Under the pieces are notes generated by a model. It was not told the origin of the DNA and did not search any database. It was given only the letters and a program-made list of their open reading frames with translations. From positions 33,294,001 to 33,358,000 of the forward strand of contig OX597822.1 of assembly GCA_951406725.2 (NCBI GenBank): a stretch of DNA of 64,000 bases. The letters run 5' to 3'. The stretch is from Octopus vulgaris (Eukaryota). How positions within the stretch are numbered: the stretch's first letter is position 1; the number at the start of each line of letters is the position of its first letter. Made by a program: the position numbers and the translations under genes. This document shows, piece after piece, positions 60,590-64,000 of the stretch.

Positions 60590-61494
60590 CAGGGGTCCTC
60601 GGACTAAGTTTGACAATTATGTCAACTTTTTCATTTATTTTTATTTTTATTTATTTATATATTTGTTTATTGTTTCCTGAACATTTATTTATTTATTTAT
60701 TGTTTCTTGTCAATTATTTCATTTATTTTTATTTTATTTATATATTTCAAGAGTTTTGGACTGCTTCAATATTGTAGTTGAGAAAAAGTGAAGTGACATG
60801 GAGGGTAGAAATCCATTTGAATATTGGAAAAGAGCTACCTATATCATAATGATTCGCATCAGGTATCAAAATGCCGACATCGTGACTACTTCTCAATGTT
60901 CTGTGAACATTTTAAAGGCTGCAGGACGTGATATAGACAACTTGAAACTAAGTTCACCCGAAACGTAATGGTCTTTGAGTGTGCCTCCAGTAAAGGAGTC
61001 CTGCCGCCCCACATATCCGAGCAGCTCCTTACGCATAATTCAGATGGATATGTGAAGCTGCTGAAGATTGTGATCAAAAATTGGATGGACAGGATTGCTT
61101 CCTGAAGGCCATGTGAGACCAAACCTCCAGAAAGAGTCAAAAGTGGTTATCGAGGAATTTCTACGACTTCACCTGCCCCAATTTCTGGCCTCTCAATTTC
61201 CCCGATTGTTACTCGACGAATTACTATGTGAAAGGGGCGGTTCAGAGAGACACCAACCGCTCTTCCTACAACACCGAGCTGGTGTCCAAGGTCAAGGAGG
61301 TATGCAAGTGCCAAGTTCTAGGACTGTCTTGAGGCTGCGGTGATAATCGAGGGCGGTTACTTTGATTAAACTTTTATCGCCGTTATATTCTTGTCTAGAT
61401 TTTTCATATTTTTTTAACATACTTCTCTTTTTGGATAGGATGTTGTTCCTTTTCCTTCTTTTATTCAAACTGTCAAATTTAATCTGAACCCCTG
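60590..61494 (+). mobile_element. Decayed Tc1/mariner element of maT/DD37D type
   Basis: TA|cagggg...cccctg|TA termini; fragments NVMVFECASS, INSDGYVKLLKIVIKNWMDR, TSRKSQKWLSRNFYDF, FWPLNFPDC..NYYV. Confidence 0.8.
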
Positions 61495-61982
61495 TATTAT
61501 TGAATACTTTCGTTCTCATGACTCGTAATGCTTTTATTTTAAGCTTTAGTTAACGTTATACCTTTCATTCTTGGCGACGGTGGCGACACCGTGTAACTTA
61601 GCTTTCCAATACAAATGCTGATATCATGAAACCTTTACGAATAATACACCAAGACAAGTTTTGTCTTGCTTTACCAGTAATAAGGAAAGAATCTGTATGA
61701 CCTCAGCTCATCGTGCTAGCAAAAGCTACGCCAGTAATTAAATAGTGTTTCACAGCCTACACGAGCGAAGTGTATGAACTTCCAATATATATATGTACAT
61801 CGAGATCAACAGAATCATAAAGCATCAACTTTTTGACGCAATACAGCACTGATTACGTGAGGTAAAATATGGACTCGGCTCATCAGCCTGCAATCTGACC
61901 GAGGAACATTACCGTCAACACCATATCAACTTTTCAGACGAAATCTTAGTGCCTCTTTTGATACTCATAATTTATTTAAACA

Positions 61983-62382
61983 CTAGCAGTATCGCCCGGC
62001 GTTGCTCGGTTTGTAAGGGAAATAACTATATAAGCATTTTTAGAGAGTTATAACCAAAAAATAGCAAAAAACTGCATTAAAAATGGGAAAAAAATTATGG
62101 TATTTTTTTTAAAAAATCGATGACTCATCGTAGACATTTTTAGAGAGTTACTTCCCTTATATAATAGCGAAAAAAATGCATTAAAATGGAAAAAAAAAAT
62201 GGTAATTTTTTTTTTTTTAATCGTAGACTCATCGTAGACGCGCGCTAATACCCAGAAGGGCTCGATATGAATCACGACTATAAGATACCCGCTTTTGGTT
62301 AAACTGCACCACAAAATGTGGGAGTAGTTAGGAATCTAAATCGTAGGAGACAGACACACAACCTCTCTTTTATATATAAAGA
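61983..62382 (-). mobile_element. Non-autonomous Helitron, same family as 28778-29175
   Basis: TC start, hairpin, CTAG|T end. Confidence 0.88.
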
Positions 62383-62885
62383 TATTCAAATGGTTATTCA
62401 CAATCACATATGGTGCATTTATATGCATACGTATAATCGTGAGTGTTCATATATGTATATATGTAAAGTGTGTCTCATAAGAAACGCACAATTGTGTTTG
62501 TGCATAATATCATATATATATATATATTGAATGAACTCATATCATATACGCATTTAATACATACCCATGATATATATTACATATATTGTATAAATGTATC
62601 ACATGTATTTTACATATATCTTTAACACACACACACACATATACATATATACACCACCAAACATAATCGATATTTAAACAATATGTTTGTAGGTAGTTGA
62701 AAAGTTGCCTGAGAAGCTGATGAGAGGACAATAATTTTCGAAATATAATTGTACACTCATTACCTATTTTTTTATTCTCGATTGCATTGTTTACACGAAC
62801 GTATATTTTTACGAAACTTCGTATCATACAGTGACGGCTCTGAAAGCTGCTATCTTGTCAGCAACTAAGTATATGTGTATATATA

Positions 62886-63266
62886 CTCTTTTTTTTACTC
62901 TTTTACTTGTTTCAGTCATTTGACTGCGGCCATGCTGGAGCACCGCCTTTAGTCGAGCAACTCGACCCCGGGACTTATTCTTTGTAAGCCCAGTACTTAT
63001 TCTATCGGTCTCTTTTGCTGAACCGCTAAGTGACGGGGACATAAACACACCAGCAAACACAGACACACACACACACACGCATATATATATATATACATAT
63101 ATACGACGGGCTTCTTTCAGTTTCCGTCTACCAAATCCACTCACAAGGCTTTGGTTGGCCCAAGGCTATAGTAGAAGACACTTGCCCAAGGTGCCACGCA
63201 GTGGGACTGAACCCGGAACCATGTGGTTGGTAAACAAACTACTTACCACACAGCCACTCCTGCGCC

Positions 63267-63267
<1 letters not shown>
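62886..63267 (-). mobile_element. SINE family A
   Basis: High identity to the reference copy, short internal deletion. Confidence 0.9.
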
Positions 63268-63299
<32 letters not shown>

Positions 63300-63312
<13 letters not shown>

Positions 63313-63674
63313 GGCAGTTTGTCTGTCTGCGTGTCTGTGAGGTTGTACCCTCACCCTGACCACGGCTTTCAACCGATTCTGATGAAACTTGACATACACA
63401 TAGCCCAATGTCATAATTCAAAACTAACGTAGCGAAAATTTTTGAAAAGTTCCCCCAGTTCTGAAAAAAATCGATAAATTCGACATGGGGTCGAGAATCA
63501 GAAACACAAACCACAGACTGTCTAGGGGACGCAACTCGACCTTTTTAACTCTCAAAAAAAAAAATTTACCATCATTTTCCCCCCATTTTTTTGCTATTTT
63601 TTGGTTATAACTCTCTAAAAATGCTTTATAGTTATTTCCCCTACAAACCCGAGCAACGCTGGGCGAGACTGCTA

Positions 63675-63675
<1 letters not shown>
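63300..63675 (+). mobile_element. Non-autonomous Helitron, different 5' body with shared 3' end
   Basis: ctctaaaaatgctt..atagttatttccc..acaaacccgagcaacgc.gggcg..actgCTAG|T. Confidence 0.82.
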
Positions 63676-63710
<35 letters not shown>

Positions 63711-64000
63711 ATAACGGTATAAAGTGAGATAAATAACTGCAGAATGATGATAATCTAAATAGATATAGCTTCCTTCCTCTAACACACACACACAGACACG
63801 ACAGAGTTTATAAACGTAATGTTTGTTTTTTACACAAGATCAAAGGGCAAGTTAGACGTTACGCTGTTACCTTTCACTGCTCTTGTCACTGTGACATGCA
63901 CAGAATCAATATTGTTAATCCATAAAACAGAATGAAATGAAAAAAACAACAAAAATTCAAGAAAAAATGACAAGAAAACACCAAAAATTAATTAAGAAAT

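Noticed and set aside
63871-64000. Open hydrophobic frame ending at AAG|gtaaca on the minus strand
   Set aside because: No start codon or acceptor before an in-frame stop; simply T-rich sequence

Overview
AT-rich, repeat-saturated eukaryotic DNA with no confidently identifiable host protein-coding gene; most track ORFs are microsatellite or SINE read-through. The repeat repertoire looks like an octopod cephalopod genome (inference from recalled repeats, not verified). Contents: a near full-length but frameshifted R4/Dong-type RLE non-LTR retrotransposon (13275-17397, minus) inside a (TAA)n-spaced stack of related insertions; a ~545-bp non-coding element found only in (TAA)n that shares the LINE's first ~146 nt; a complete decayed mariner, a mariner deletion derivative, a maT/DD37D-like relic and a Tc1-like relic; a Helitron PIF1-helicase fragment plus three non-autonomous Helitrons; RTE and Penelope (GIY-YIG) relics; a tRNA-Lys(CTT) gene or pseudogene; and dozens of copies of three to four SINE families. 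The most notable signals are RNA-level: minimal hammerhead ribozyme (HHR) motifs, several inside fold-back inverted repeats, and one apparent tRNA-headed (Pol III) element carrying a hammerhead (2857-3765, minus). SINE boundaries are approximate.
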